A DNA stretch of 62,959 nucleotides, the filler included, from Octopus bimaculoides (Eukaryota): the NCBI RefSeq assembly GCF_001194135.2. It is 5 parts of 5 records of this genome, joined end to end, with 100 filler letters (N's around TTAATTAATTAA, not from the genome) between each part and the next. Parts side by side here need not be neighbours in the genome. Positions count along the whole stretch, not along the records: positions 1 to 29,485 come from NC_068996.1; 4 more parts are not named here. The stretch is one strand, 5' to 3'. The position numbers and the translations under genes were made by a program. The notes under the pieces were generated by a model that had not been told where the DNA came from, made no database searches, and was given only the letters and a program-made list of their open reading frames with translations. Below, piece by piece: positions 1 through 11,633 of this stretch (positions are counted from its first letter, which is position 1; the number at the start of each line of letters is the position of its first letter).

Positions 1-379
1 ACCAAACAGTTTTAACAGAGCGTCCATATCTCTCTGATGTTGTTGCATTTGCTTGTCCATTTGTTCCCTAAACAATTTAATAAGTTCTACTGTCTGTTTT
101 TCAGCCATTGTTATTACGATGAATAATCTTACGGTAAAATAAGCATGTATCCTACCGGCGACGCCAATAAACTCTATAATATTTCCCTCGGAAGACTCGC
201 AGAGATAACACAACGAGTTGTACAATTTAATTATTACATTTATTATTCAATTACATACAAAGAACGCACTCACCCAATGTTCGTTATGAATAAACAAGAA
301 TCATGTCCGCCATATATATCAATGACATTTTACTACCCCAGTCCTTCAGAACAACAACAATGAAACAATGAACTCAGAC

Positions 380-1200
380 GAACCACTGTGACACACGGAA
401 CGTCAGACGAATTACATATCTAACAGTCCATATAACAAGTGAGTTGTTTAATCTTTGCCCACATGAAAGAAAGTACATCCTATCGTACCTGCGCGCTCCA
501 CTACAACTGCAACCACAGGTCCCCGACCTCGACCTTCCACTAATACCGTCGGGCCTGGCAAAGAGTTTGACCAGAGTACACACCAATGCACCTATGTACA
601 CACGCGCACACCCCTACAAGGTGGACAACCCACAAAATAAACTGTCTCCCACACCACCACCAAACACATACCCCTTCACACAAATTGTAACCCCACATAT
701 ACATAGATACCCCGCGCACAAACACATTACATACCGCACGCTAACATAACTCCCCACCCCCACGACTTTATCCTTTACAGAAAGAAAATGGAACAAAGAA
801 CACAGCTATATGTACCTACACCCCTGGAAAAAAGTTTGCATATGACACCACTATATATATCACACACCCCATCCCTACAGGAGCACCACACTTAATAACG
901 CACACTCTTCATACAGACACTTCAGGATAACTCTTACCGGCCTTACAGCGTACCCAACCAAGGAGCATAACTCCTTACCTAATCCCCTGGCCCTTTTTCG
1001 TTTCACCACCTTTTTCACAGCAGCCGCAAACCGGATGTGCTAATCCACCTTCGACAATAGAGAGCAGTCGCCATATTCCCTTTTATATCGGCTAACTCTG
1101 ACGAGCGTAAGATTATATATTCGGATTGTCGCCAAACACTCCATTGTATTCCTTGCGCGAAACCGATTGGTAAGATCAGCCGTGATGGATATATAATACT
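380..1200 (+). mobile_element. Possible highly decayed Penelope-like element 3' region / pseudo-LTR
   Basis: AC-rich broken frames with weak PLE-like motifs (ILSYLRAP near 480-500; RTLFIQTLQ..GL near 900-945) ending just upstream of a hammerhead fold. Protein evidence is weak. Confidence 0.3.
1089..1182 (+). ncRNA. Type I hammerhead ribozyme motif
   Basis: Core CTGACGA 1098-1104; stem II GCGTAAG 1105-1111 / CTTGCGC 1152-1158; GAAA 1159-1162; stem III ACC-gatt-GGT 1162-1171; GUA cleavage triplet ending 1172; stem I CGGCT..CT 1089-1097 with AG..AGCCG 1173-1182. Confidence 0.75.
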
Positions 1201-1780
1201 GTATATTTTGGATAATATAATATTAAGATTGACTGTATTGAATTATAGTAAATTGTCTACTCCTATTGCAGCAGTTGTATAACACTGTTATGCATCGTAT
1301 TATAAAGTTTTTAAAGTAGTTAAGTCCCGTGATTCGAAATGAGTATCTATACATGGTTCATTTATTTGGACATGCATTTATTCATGCACACGGACTTTAA
1401 CACTGTTTGGTGTTAGCACTGTTTACAAAAGTAAACTACCCATTCTGTCGTACCTGGAAATAATATATTACTTTATGGTTATAAACAGTTCAAAAATGGA
1501 ATAAACTGGTTTGTTGTGAGGAAGAGAGTAAATCTAATGTTTGGCGAAGAACCTTCCATCGAAGAATTCAAACAGAAATGCTACTATTTTCCCTTTTCTC
1601 ACTAATCTACTTTCGAAGTATTTACAGACTATTGCTACTTACTTGGATCCTAGTGTTTACTTTTAAGTTGTTTTGTTATAAACACAGCACAGTGATGTTA
1701 GCAAAATACGAAGCATTGATAGTGCTAGAAACAATCTAATTGATTATACAAAGCTTTCAGATGATAAAAATTATATTTCT

Positions 1781-1969
1781 TTCTACAATAGACACAAGGC
1801 TTGAAATTCTGGGAAATCGGACTTGTTGGTTACATCAACACCAGTGCTGAACTAATACTTAGTTTATCGATCTCCAAAAGGAAAGGCAAAATCGACCTCG
1901 GCGGCATTTGAACGCAGAACAGCTTGAAAAGATATTCCTTAACACTTTATCTGCCAGTTCACCGCCCTT
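1781..1969 (-). mobile_element. tRNA-derived SINE, family A (degenerate)
   Basis: Reverse complement matches the family A copy at 13930-14160 (..GGCGGTGAACTGGCAG..TTCAAATGCCGCCGAGGTCGATTTTGCC..). Confidence 0.7.
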
Positions 1970-1980
1970 ATAAAAATAGC

Positions 1981-2604
1981 GGATCTTTGTGATTTGACGG
2001 GCAACACTTGTTTTCTTAACGAAACACTTTCAAACTTGGGACACTGGTAGAATGTGTCATACAAAACAACTTTTTCTCTTAGCCTTCTTAACAAAAAATT
2101 ATACATCGCATGTTAAAGTTGTCATATTTCTGTAATTTCAACCAATCACTGACGTCTATTCAGCTGAATACAGTTACTGCTGTTGTAATCCTAAAACTAA
2201 CCCTAACTCTAAAACGCGAACCCTAACCCTAAAACCCTAAAGCTAAAACCAGTACAAACGCACGAACGATGTCATAAATAACAGGGACAAACGAAAAATA
2301 TACCGCTGATAGTTGTTGACAATGGATAGTTTTTGTTGACAAACAACGGGACTAATTTTATTCAAGGGAAAAAATCCCGTAACACCGTTGTTTATATTCC
2401 ACGGCGTAATTGTTTTCACCTCAATAGACGTCAGTGATTGGTTGAAATTGCCGAAATACGACAATTTTTTACATGAAATAATTTCGAATACAAAATTTTT
2501 TATCTGTTCTATAACACAAAATATACAAGTATTCGAAGTTTGAAAGTGTTTCGGTACCAAATACACTACATAAAAAAATGTTGCCCGTCAAATCACAAAG
2601 ATCC
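1981..2604. mobile_element. MITE with long TIRs and 8-bp TSD (Merlin-type termini)
   Basis: TIR GGATCTTTGTGATTTGACGGGCAACA 1981-2006 / 2579-2604, with imperfect inverted homology extending about 185 bp; TSD AAAATAGC at 1973-1980 and 2605-2612. Confidence 0.85.
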
Positions 2605-2654
2605 AAAATAGCAAATTGCTTTTACTTTTCAGACAATAACCGATTATAGGGCTT

Positions 2655-2900
2655 GGATCTATTTTAAAACGGGGGCCACAGTATTTTCTTAACGAAACAC
2701 TTTGAAACTTGGAACACTGGTAGAATGTGTCATATAAGACATCTTTTTCTCTTAGTCTTCTTAAAAAAAAAAGAAATCCCTAAGTTATTTCATGTTAAAG
2801 TTGTCGTACTTCTGTAATTTCAACCAATCACTGACGTCCATTCAGCCGATATACATTAAGTGCCGACTACATAAACAAACGATTTTGAAACAATTCTATC
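2655..2900. mobile_element. Left arm of a related MITE (other end lost or in the gap)
   Basis: Starts GGATCT; TTTTCTTAACGAAACACTTT..AATTTCAACCAATCACTGACGTC is homologous to 2015-2160. Confidence 0.65.
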
Positions 2901-3546
2901 GGTGATAAAATTATTATTTCCTTGTCAAAAAATGGCTGAAGCATATTGGCAGTAGCTAATAAACCTTTCTATTATAGGCTAACCNNNNNNNNNNNNNNNN
3001 NNNNNNNNNNNNNNNNNNNNNNNNNNNNNNNNNNNNNNNNNNNNNNNNNNNNNNNNNNNNNNNNNNNNNNNNNNNNNNNNNNNNNNNNNNNNNNNNNNNN
3101 NNNNNNNNNNNNNNNNNNNNNNNNNNNNNNNNNNNNNNNNNNNNNNNNNNNNNNNNNNNNNNNNNNNNNNNNNNNNNNNNNNNNNNNNNNNNNNNNNNNN
3201 NNNNNNNNNNNNNNNNNNNNNNNNNNNNNNNNNNNNNNNNNNNNNNNNNNNNNNNNNNNNNNNNNNNNNNNNNNNNNNNNNNNNNNNNNNNNNNNNNNNN
3301 NNNNNNNNNNNNNNNNNNNNNNNNNNNNNNNNNNNNNNNNNNNNNNNNNNNNNNNNNNNNNNNNNNNNNNNNNNNNNNNNNNNNNNNNNNNNNNNNNNNN
3401 NNNNNNNNNNNNNNNNNNNNNNNNNNNNNNNNNNNNNNNNNNNNNNNNNNNNNNNNNNNNNNNNNNNNNNNNNNNNNNNNNNNNNNNNNNNNNNNNNNNN
3501 NNNNNNNNNNNNNNNNNNNNNNNNNNNNNNNNNNNNNNNNNNNNAA

Positions 3547-3825
3547 TTATGTCATTATCTGTGAAATTCGGCAACTTACAAAGATCTTTAGATCAGGCAA
3601 TACTTCACCAAGAGGAGATATAAGCTTCTGCTTATTCCTGTCTGAAGTATCGTCCGACGAATTTACTTTGTTGACATTCTTCATCGACAGAATTATTCCT
3701 TTCAACCTTTCAGTCAAGTCCGCCTTTCTTCCAGTAACATACTGTCCATATAATCTTAAATATTTCTTTAACTCAGGCACAGTAAGTACTTCGATAGCTG
3801 AATCATCAAGCTGCTTTATATCCAT
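3547..3825 (-). pseudogene. SAP-domain ORF fragment, probably transposon-borne
   Basis: LTVPELKKYLRLYGQYVTGRKADLTERL fits the SAP consensus LxVxELKxxLxxxGxxxxGxKxxLxxRL. The ORF runs into the N-gap. Confidence 0.55.
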
Positions 3826-4504
3826 GATAAGACGTAAAACAATAACAATGGCGTGGGTTAGCCTCCGGAAGTTTAATTATCTACATGGAGCGCCGCCTAG
3901 CCAAGGGAGATAACCTACTTATAGGAAAGCCCTATAGCAGTGACTCGATCAATTCCTAGTAATATCTGAAGAAGGAATTTTTATATTCCGAATATCAGAC
4001 TATGAATAATTAAATTATAACAGTTATTATAGTCCACTCTGCATTGTTGTGCCATTCAAGACACTTCATATTTCTTCTTCTAACATTTTTTCCATCTTTA
4101 CTTCCTTCTACGGTATAAGTATTTATTACTAAATATTTACACCGTGTTAAAGAAATATGGTTTAACGATGAAACAGTATAAACCAAAATCGTAGATATTT
4201 GATATAAGCTGGTAACTGATTAGGAAGGAAGATGATTCTGACTAAACTTGTAAACAATCTTATTCAGTGTCAAATGTAAGTGTGAATAACTGTGACAGGG
4301 AAATGGGAGGACTACGGGTAAATTTGAAGCTGTTTTCAAGTGTTTACAGGATGAACGCTACAATACAACAAAATACTGAGTATTGTTGTAAAAAAATGTC
4401 AAATATTTACGTTAGTATACTATACATCTATACGAAGCAGAACTATGATTAAAGTTCTAAGTGCGACCACCCCCGTCTTTTTACTCAAGTACAGTGTATC
4501 GAAG

Positions 4505-4670
4505 GGATCTTTTCTGTTTAGCTGCCACTTTTCAATTTCTTCAATTTTTGTTCTAATTGATTTTACATTTGGTGTATTGGTATAGTTTTGTAAAGTAATC
4601 ATCGTCATAGAATTTATTTTCGCCATAAATCAATAAATAAAAAGTTAATAGCTTTTATAGTTTGCAAATA
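4505..4670 (+). repeat. Unclassified dispersed repeat (other copies about 13735-13895 + and about 18300-18490 -)
   Basis: GATCTTTTCTGTT(T)GCTG..C and GCCATAAAT(C/T)AATAAATAAAAAGTTAATAGCTTTTA are shared with 13735-13895; the GATCT(G/T)TTCTGTTGCTGTCAC motif recurs inverted at about 18460-18480. Confidence 0.55.
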
Positions 4671-5269
4671 TTTTTCTGAAAAGGGCGAATTATCTCCTGA
4701 GATTCAGCATAGAAAATTATATCAATACACTAAATTTTAAAATTTTTACTAAACTTTAAAATTTCTACAGATGTAGTCAAGCAGAAAAGATCCTATTGAA
4801 GGTTGCTTTATTCAATGTGTTCTTCCTTTTTCGAGGAGGTATGTGTGATACGAGGAAAATTTTGCTGCTATTTCTAGGAAGTCGATGGACCTCGCCATGG
4901 TTCCTTCATAAGGTGGGGCGGTGGCAACGGTGGTTGGTGGAAGTGTAACTAATGGAGTCCATGAACACCCAGACTGACCTGTCACTCTGCGCTTGCCATT
5001 CCCTACTACATTCCCAAACATTTGCTCAATCATTCTTCTCTGGAACTTCATCATACTCGCCAGATCATCACACTATCGGCCAATTACAGGAATCTCCAGG
5101 TTTTGTGGAAGCTGTCCATCTTCTTCCGACTCGTAATGAAAAAAATTTATCTGTCTGATAAGCAAACTTTTGAATGAGAGTTCGTTCATAAGACAGATAA
5201 GCTGATACACTGGGAAAGTTACACTTTGAAATATAGGGAGGCCTTTTGTGCAGAGTTAGGTGTTATATA

Positions 5270-5720
5270 TGCTCTTTTTAACCACACTTAACTTGCTACA
5301 TCTATACTGTGTCCTCCAAACACACTTGTTGCACCTGTCTCTTCTCGACATCCCTTCTTAGTCGAATATCCTACAAGCAATGCTGTCTCAAGGCATGGGT
5401 ACTTGGGTCTAGGAACTCAATGCTAATCTATGTATGTAGTGTTTGAGTTTGTAGGGGCCCCAGATCATTGCTTTGTCTCGGGGTTCTGAAATGTTGTCGA
5501 GACGGCCCTGCATAAACGATCCCATACTAAACACCCCATCCGGTTCTTCATCCCGAACTGCGACCGTTTGGAACTTCCCTGTCCACGTTTATCACTACCT
5601 CTTCCAAATGTCTCTCATTTCTTGGGTCGGAAGCTTCTTGTCAGGTCATACCATTGCATTCTATCGACTCTGGTGTACACCTGCACATTAGTGATACACG
5701 CGCTATCCCATCTAACGAGA
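5270..5720 (-). pseudogene. Possible piggyBac transposase C-terminal remnant
   Basis: Minus frames give VYTRVDRMQWYDLTRSFRPKK* (compare Y..MGGVDRMD...R..KKW) and RCNKCVWRTQYRCSK (cysteine-rich C-terminal domain). Heavily decayed. Confidence 0.4.
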
Positions 5721-5869
5721 AACGTTTGCGCTGATTATACTGGGAAAGATTTTCGAAAACATTGTAGTTGTCTTGCTTTTTACAATTATCTGCAGATATG
5801 CCTACGCTGTGCTTGATTTAGTGTGACTATTATTGCAAACCTTTATTTCTTATGAAAATTGATATTTTC

Positions 5870-6524
5870 AATGCACCCTCAATATTTTAATTTTGAGGTC
5901 ACATGAGTCAAGGTCTGGCTTTCGAAAATAGGTCCGGATCAACTTGCAGCTGTTCTTTCAGTTCACGACACGCTTTCAGTCGTGACTACTTTTGATCTTC
6001 CGTGAACAAACAAGACACAAATTTTGCTGCAACTCTTTTTCATTCGCAATTCCTCGCTCAACATTCGTTGGAAAGAGCGCCAGGACACACTAATCATATC
6101 AACAAGTTTGTCAATCGTTCATGATTTTTCATGATGTTTCATTCGTTCGGGAGGTCGATGGTCGCCCTGAACGAGATTGCTCTTCAAGCGAAAAGTGACC
6201 ATTCCTAAAGAGTGAAAACCATTTGTAAACTTGTTTTGCTCATGGCAGCTTCCTTGTAAGCTGTTTGAAGCATGACAGCTGTTTCGGTCGCCGTTTTCCT
6301 AAGCAGAAAACAGAATTTCACAGAAGCCATCGAAAAAATCGATGAACAGGGAAGAAGCACTGCAAAACAAAGACGGATCACGTGGCAGTACGACCTCACC
6401 GGACAACGCAGGTCGGCAGACTAATGCCTGAAGGCTGCATCAAGTGGCTTCAAGCGGCGGAAGCCCGGTCTACAACGGGCTTGTCCCACAGAAAACGTTT
6501 CCGGTAACTTTTGAGTACCCCTTG
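5870..6524 (-). mobile_element. Internally deleted mariner transposon remnant
   Basis: VKFCFLLRKTATETAVMLQTAYKEAAMSKT, SRSGRPST, MKRVAAKF and a PDL..CD remnant; mariner-type TIR CAAGGGGTACTCAAAAGTT ends at 6524, flanked by TA at 6525-6526. Confidence 0.85.
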
Positions 6525-6819
6525 TATGTGCATGCAGTCCTACATAAACTATATCGTAATAAGAGCCGTGTTTCTCTGCCCGTCCGTCTGTCTGTTCGTC
6601 TATCACACGCTGTTTTCATATCAAGATGATCTTCAAACTGTTTATATGGAGAAATAAGAAAAAAACTTAATTCATCCAATTTAGTTACTGAATTCACATA
6701 TGCAACGTTAGGGAAGATAACGTTTACGATTTATTTTTAGTCAATATTAATTTTTCCCTCGCGCGTCAACGAAAAAAAGAGAGAGCTATGAATATTTCAC
6801 TTTCAATTACATGAGATAG

Positions 6820-6874
6820 TCGTTAAATCCCTTTTCTGTTTTGCTTCCCGTCGTAGCCGCCAGGGGTCACTACA
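6820..6874 (-). repeat. Truncated 3' LTR of the Gypsy element (only the first 55 bp of U3 remain)
   Basis: Matches 12361-12375 plus 13351-13389; minus-strand start TGTAGTG; adjacent polypurine tract GAGTGGGGAG at 6878-6887. Confidence 0.85.
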
Positions 6875-7349
6875 TAACTCCCCACTCAGAAGAGCAATCG
6901 ATAAGCAGAATCATTGTAGTGATCAAGGGCAGATACGAAGCAAAATGAGATAGCAGAAACACGTGCTTGCAAAACAAGTAGTAAAATAGAAAAATCAATA
7001 CATGCATCATGATAGATACTGAATATAATTGCAGAGTTTGGCGCGGTAACATTTAGCTACACAGCTATGCACATCAAACTAAATGAAAAACATGGCAACA
7101 TGAAAATACAATGTGAAAACATGCATAGGAACAATGTTTGTGAATAACGTTCTTTGTAAAAGAAATAACAAACAGTTTATATTGTAATACAAAGTTAAAT
7201 GTACATAGTTCTGGATAATTTTTGTGGCCAATGTTCTGTTCTGTCACTTCTTGTGATGTAAGGTTTAGAGGTATGTTGTGTTGCGGTGCATGTAGTGGTG
7301 TTGGTGTAGGAATGAATGTACGTGGTATGTCAGGTTCTGGAATGAGATT

Positions 7350-8175
7350 TTCTGAGAAACCTTTTTTTTATCCTGCCGATGGATATTGTTTCTTTTCGAC
7401 CATTAACGTCGACAATGAAGTTTTTTTGTGAGTGCGACAGTACACGACAAGGTCCAGAATAAGGTGATGTAAGAGATCATTTAAAGGAATTGTTCCAAAT
7501 AAAAAACATGTGTTCACTCAGAGATGTCTGATGGGACAGCAGAAGAAATGGAGACATTGGTAGAACATTGGAGAAGTAAGAACGAAGTCTGTTAACGTAT
7601 GATGACGTATCAGAATCTGATGAATCAACTATTGTGAACATTTGACCGGGAAGTGTCAAGGTCGTGCCGTAAAGCAGTTCGGCCGAGGAAAAACCTAAAT
7701 CTGTCTTAACAGCGGAACGGCAACCAAGAAGAACAATTGGTAGGAATTCGATCCAACGTTGCAGGGCATGAGTAGCGCGTAGTGCAGCTTTTAACTGTCT
7801 GTGGAATCGTTCTATCATTCCATTGGAAGCTGGGTGATAATTTGTCGTATGAATCCGATGAGCACCTAAGAGTCGTGATATTTCACAGAATAACGAAGCT
7901 TCGAACTGACGTCCTCTATCAGTGGTTATTTTGGATGGAACACCAAAGCGTGCCACCCAATTGGAAATGAACGCTTGTGCGACGGATTCGGCTATTATGC
8001 CAATCAGAGGTATGGCATCGAAAGAAACGATCGATGTAAGTTAGGATTACGTAAATCCGCGACTAACGGGCTAGGGTCCAACAATGTCGATGTGGACATG
8101 ACGGAAACGAGCGTCCGGTGGGCTGAATTTTCCGAGAGGAGAACGAACATGTCGATGGACCTTGGTGCGTTGACA
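7350..8175 (-). pseudogene. Gypsy integrase core and C-terminus
   Basis: QCQRTKVHRH..ARFRHVHIDIVGP, FGVPSKITTDRGRQFEA, YHPASNGMIERFHRQLK and PYSGP..NGRKETISIGRIK motifs; frameshifted. Confidence 0.95.
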
Positions 8176-8179
8176 CTGT

Positions 8180-9205
8180 TGTAATACTTCGACCGTGCGA
8201 ACCAAAGGAGATGGCAACGTAGACGGTAATGACTCCTTTTTACCATGTCGCACGGTCGAACACAAAACAAGATATATAAAATAGAAGGCTCATCGTGAGA
8301 GATACGAGCCATTGTGCCAGTAAAAGAACTTAGGACAAACACAACCGTTATGATTTATAATGAAAGTGAGTTTATTAATATAGTGAAACTGTTTGTGTCT
8401 GTGTGCGCGTACATGCGGCAAATAAAATAACACAGTAGATAAGTCAGGCCTTCGTGTACAAGAGAAAGTACACAACAATGTGAAGTGACGGACAGTCGTA
8501 TAAACAATAGTGTGTACAATATGTGAGAGTACAAGTGTACGTGTGAATGAGAGGAACACAGAACAATAAAAAGAGTGTCTGTAACATAGACTGTAAAAAG
8601 TCTTAAACACTGAGAATAGAGAAAACTAGTTCGTATAAGAGTTACACAAGATAGACTGTTCATACGCAGGAAGTTGTGGCCAAGTAGCAGAGCTGTGAGT
8701 ATCACAATATGTGTGTTGAGCGTCGAATGCTGTGACCTGTGTTACCTGGTATAGTATATTCTGGCTGGTTAGTTCTGACTGTTGTTCGTGGTGGAAACAA
8801 TCCACTCAACAGCGTCGAGATAAAACCGCGCTTGTTGATGTTGGTGTTGCTGGCGACGACAATGGTCGGTGCTGGAACTGGCTGTAGCTGTGTTCTGTAT
8901 GTGTGGTCAGCGACCAGACCTGTGAGAGATCTGAAATCGAAGACGACTACCGTCGTTGGATCGGGCTTATTTATAGGCGAAATAGAGCTCACCGGAATCC
9001 CAGTAAAACTCTTTATCACGTGACTTTATCTTTAAGCCACGATTGGTCGTAATGCCCCCTTAGCAATCAGAACATGGGGACAATTGCCGCGCAAATAAGA
9101 ACCAATCAGGATGATGGACAGAAGGGTCCAAGGCAACCGAAGGCTAGATGTTAGCAGCTTCGTTATCATTTATGGTTGAATGCCCGAGAGAGAGGTTTCA
9201 CTACA
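8180..9205 (-). mobile_element. Solo LTR (family B, copy 1) inserted in the integrase Zn-binding region
   Basis: TG..CA termini; 4-bp TSD CTGT at 8176-8179 and 9206-9209; removing it restores SCLQ-CQRTK; minus-strand TATAAATAA at 8967-8975 and AATAAA near 8372. Confidence 0.9.
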
Positions 9206-10890
9206 CTGTAAACAAGAACGTGTCCAACTAGTGATTATACGGCGCATGTTAGGCCAGAAGAAACGGGCTGTAATGAGCTTTACCGTGGCGGCTATGCCGG
9301 GATGCGACAAGGAATGAAGAGTATCGAAAACGGTACGTTGATGACGATGTGGAACAAGCGGTCTAAGTGAGCCGGTAGAGATGTCACAAAGGATTCGTCC
9401 TTCAGCAGATGGAATGGGTAGATATTCAAATCTGCAACAGGAATATTGATTGGAAGAAATGTCCAAAGAGTCCAAAGGCAGGTGATCTGTGGCGATAGCA
9501 ACCAAATCGATGTGTGCGGGAGACGAAAGTAAATAAACAGGAAATTTGGATAATGCATCAGCTGGTATGTTTGCAGATCCGGCTATATGACGAATGTCGC
9601 TGGTATATTGCGAGATGAAATCCAAGTGTCTGTATGTCCTCGGCGAGTATTTATTGGACTTGGACTGAAGGGCGAATGTAAGAGGTTTATGATCTGTGAA
9701 TACACTGAACTCCCGACCTTCTAGGAGATGGCGGAAGTGTCTCACAGCAAGATAAAAAAAGCTCTCTGTCAAAGGTACTGTAACGCTGTTCTGCTGGCTT
9801 GAGGTGACGTGAGAAAAAAAGCAATTGGTTGAGTGTGCTGGTTGATGATGTGTTCTAGAACGGTGCCGACAGCGATCGTGGACGCGTCTACATTAGGAAT
9901 AGTTTCGCGTTTGCAGTAGGATGCGCGAGAAAGGAAACTTTAGCTAATTCAAACTTTACGGAGTCGAAAGCTTGCAAGGCGTCAAACGAAAGGGAAAATA
10001 GATGCGTCTTTCTTCTTTGTTGAAGAAACAACTTGTCCGTGCAGTTTGGAATAAAAATCTTGTAGAAGTTTATTAGTCCCCAAAAATGACGTAGTTGTCT
10101 CAATGAAGTGGGGGGTGCAATTTTCTGAATAGCATCCACTTTAGATGGGAGGGGTCGAATTCCCTCTGCGTCTATAAGATGTCCAAAAAATTCCAATGAA
10201 GTTGTACCGAATATACATTTAGCTGGATTGATCATTACATGATACGCTCACAGATGTTGAAACAACTGAGATAGATGTTGATGATGATGTTCAACTGTGT
10301 CTCTAGCTATTAGGAGGTCATCTACATAAGCAAAAACAAAATTCAATCCGACTTCGTCGATGAAGCGCTGGAATGTATTGGCAGCATTTCTCAGACCAAA
10401 AGGCATAGATAGGAATTCGAATGGACCAAACGGAGTGGTTCAGCAGTTTTTGCTATATCTTCCAAGTTCATCGGAATTTGGTGGTACGCACGTACAAGAT
10501 CCACTTTGGAAAATATAGTGCAACCATGGAGTACATAAGAAAAGTCCCTTAAGCTGGGTAGGGGATAGCGGTCGGGCGTAGTGATAGCATTATGTCTCCT
10601 GTAATCATCAACGGGTCTGAAATCCGCTTCACCTTTCTGAGCTAAGTGTAGCGGAGATGCCCAAGGGCTAGTAGAATGACGTATAAGACCAAGCTGGAGC
10701 ATGTGCTCGAATTAAGCGCGGGCTTTCTTGAGTCTGTCTGGCGCTAGTCAGCGTGGACGAGAGAAAACGGGTGAGCCAGTTGTAATAAAATATTGAGTCG
10801 AGTGGACTGTCTGGGTAGGTTTAAAGGCGAGATCCGTTAACTCGGGAAACGAGCAAGCAACGTATAGAACTGGTTATTGGCAGCAGCTAC
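9206..10890 (-). pseudogene. Gypsy pol: RT, RNase H and integrase N-terminus; protease missing
   Basis: SPWASPLHL, DYRR.NAITTPDRYPLP, FSKVDLVRAYHQIP, INPAKCIFG, TDHKPL, HSLSHPGIAATVKLITARFFWPNM. No DTG protease motif between LFFV and NQFYTLLARFPEL. Confidence 0.95.
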
Positions 10891-10949
10891 AAAAAATAAT
10901 GGGCTAAGGATAGCGGCGGTAGATCCACTTGCAGGCGTAGATAAAGATA

Positions 10950-11633
10950 CTTTAAAGGCACAAGGCTTGTTACAACAACGTGCCTTGTCGTGAAAACATG
11001 CGTGGTACCAACACACCGAAAAATTGTCGGTTGAAAAAGTGTTATGTCGTTTAGAAAATGAAGAGCGGCTTTGCGAACGCCGACTAACACGACAGAATTA
11101 AACTGTCGATAGCCTTCAACATGGCGTCTTCGTTTTTATTATTAGGCTGCTGTCAAGTAGATGATGAAGCAATAACCGAATCAGCCGCGGTGGGTCTGTG
11201 AAAAAATTCCATTATTCCATCTTTAGACGAAGCTATTTGATCTATGGTGTTGGTGTCAACCATGTTCGCTAATATCGTTTGTAGATTAGTTGGTAAGAGG
11301 GAAAAAATAATTTCTTTACGAAGAAACTGTCCGCCGGTGTGTCATCACTAACTTCTCTAATCCGCCTAAGAAATTCTGAAGGAGCTCTTTCACCCAGATT
11401 CTCATCCTGTGTTGTTGGCACTCCGTCGCTTACGACGTCGAGGGTTCCAGTCGATCCGATCAACGGAAGATTTGTGATGATATCTTTAACGGTGTCTGCT
11501 AATATGGCGGGAATGTCACCAATAAGTACGTGTAGCTTCTGTTGAGCGGCCTGTATGCCATGTGCTGTGAATCAAGCTGTGCAAACCATAGCTTAGCGTC
11601 GCCGGAATAAGCTGGTATGGAAGTGTTACTCAT
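10950..11633 (-). pseudogene. Gypsy gag
   Basis: ATG at 11633; MSNTSIPAYSGDAKLWFAQLD, ENLGERAPSEFLRRI and CWYH..F..KAR.C.KPC motifs; frameshifted. Confidence 0.85.

Noticed and set aside
4812-5158. ORFs that might be a host exon
   Set aside because: No recognisable domain, stops in the extended frames and no convincing splice-site pair; cannot be supported without homology or RNA data.
6545-6720. Helitron-like 5' end (ACTATATCGTAATAAGAG..GTCTGTCTG)
   Set aside because: No clear TC terminus or matching CTAG end found.
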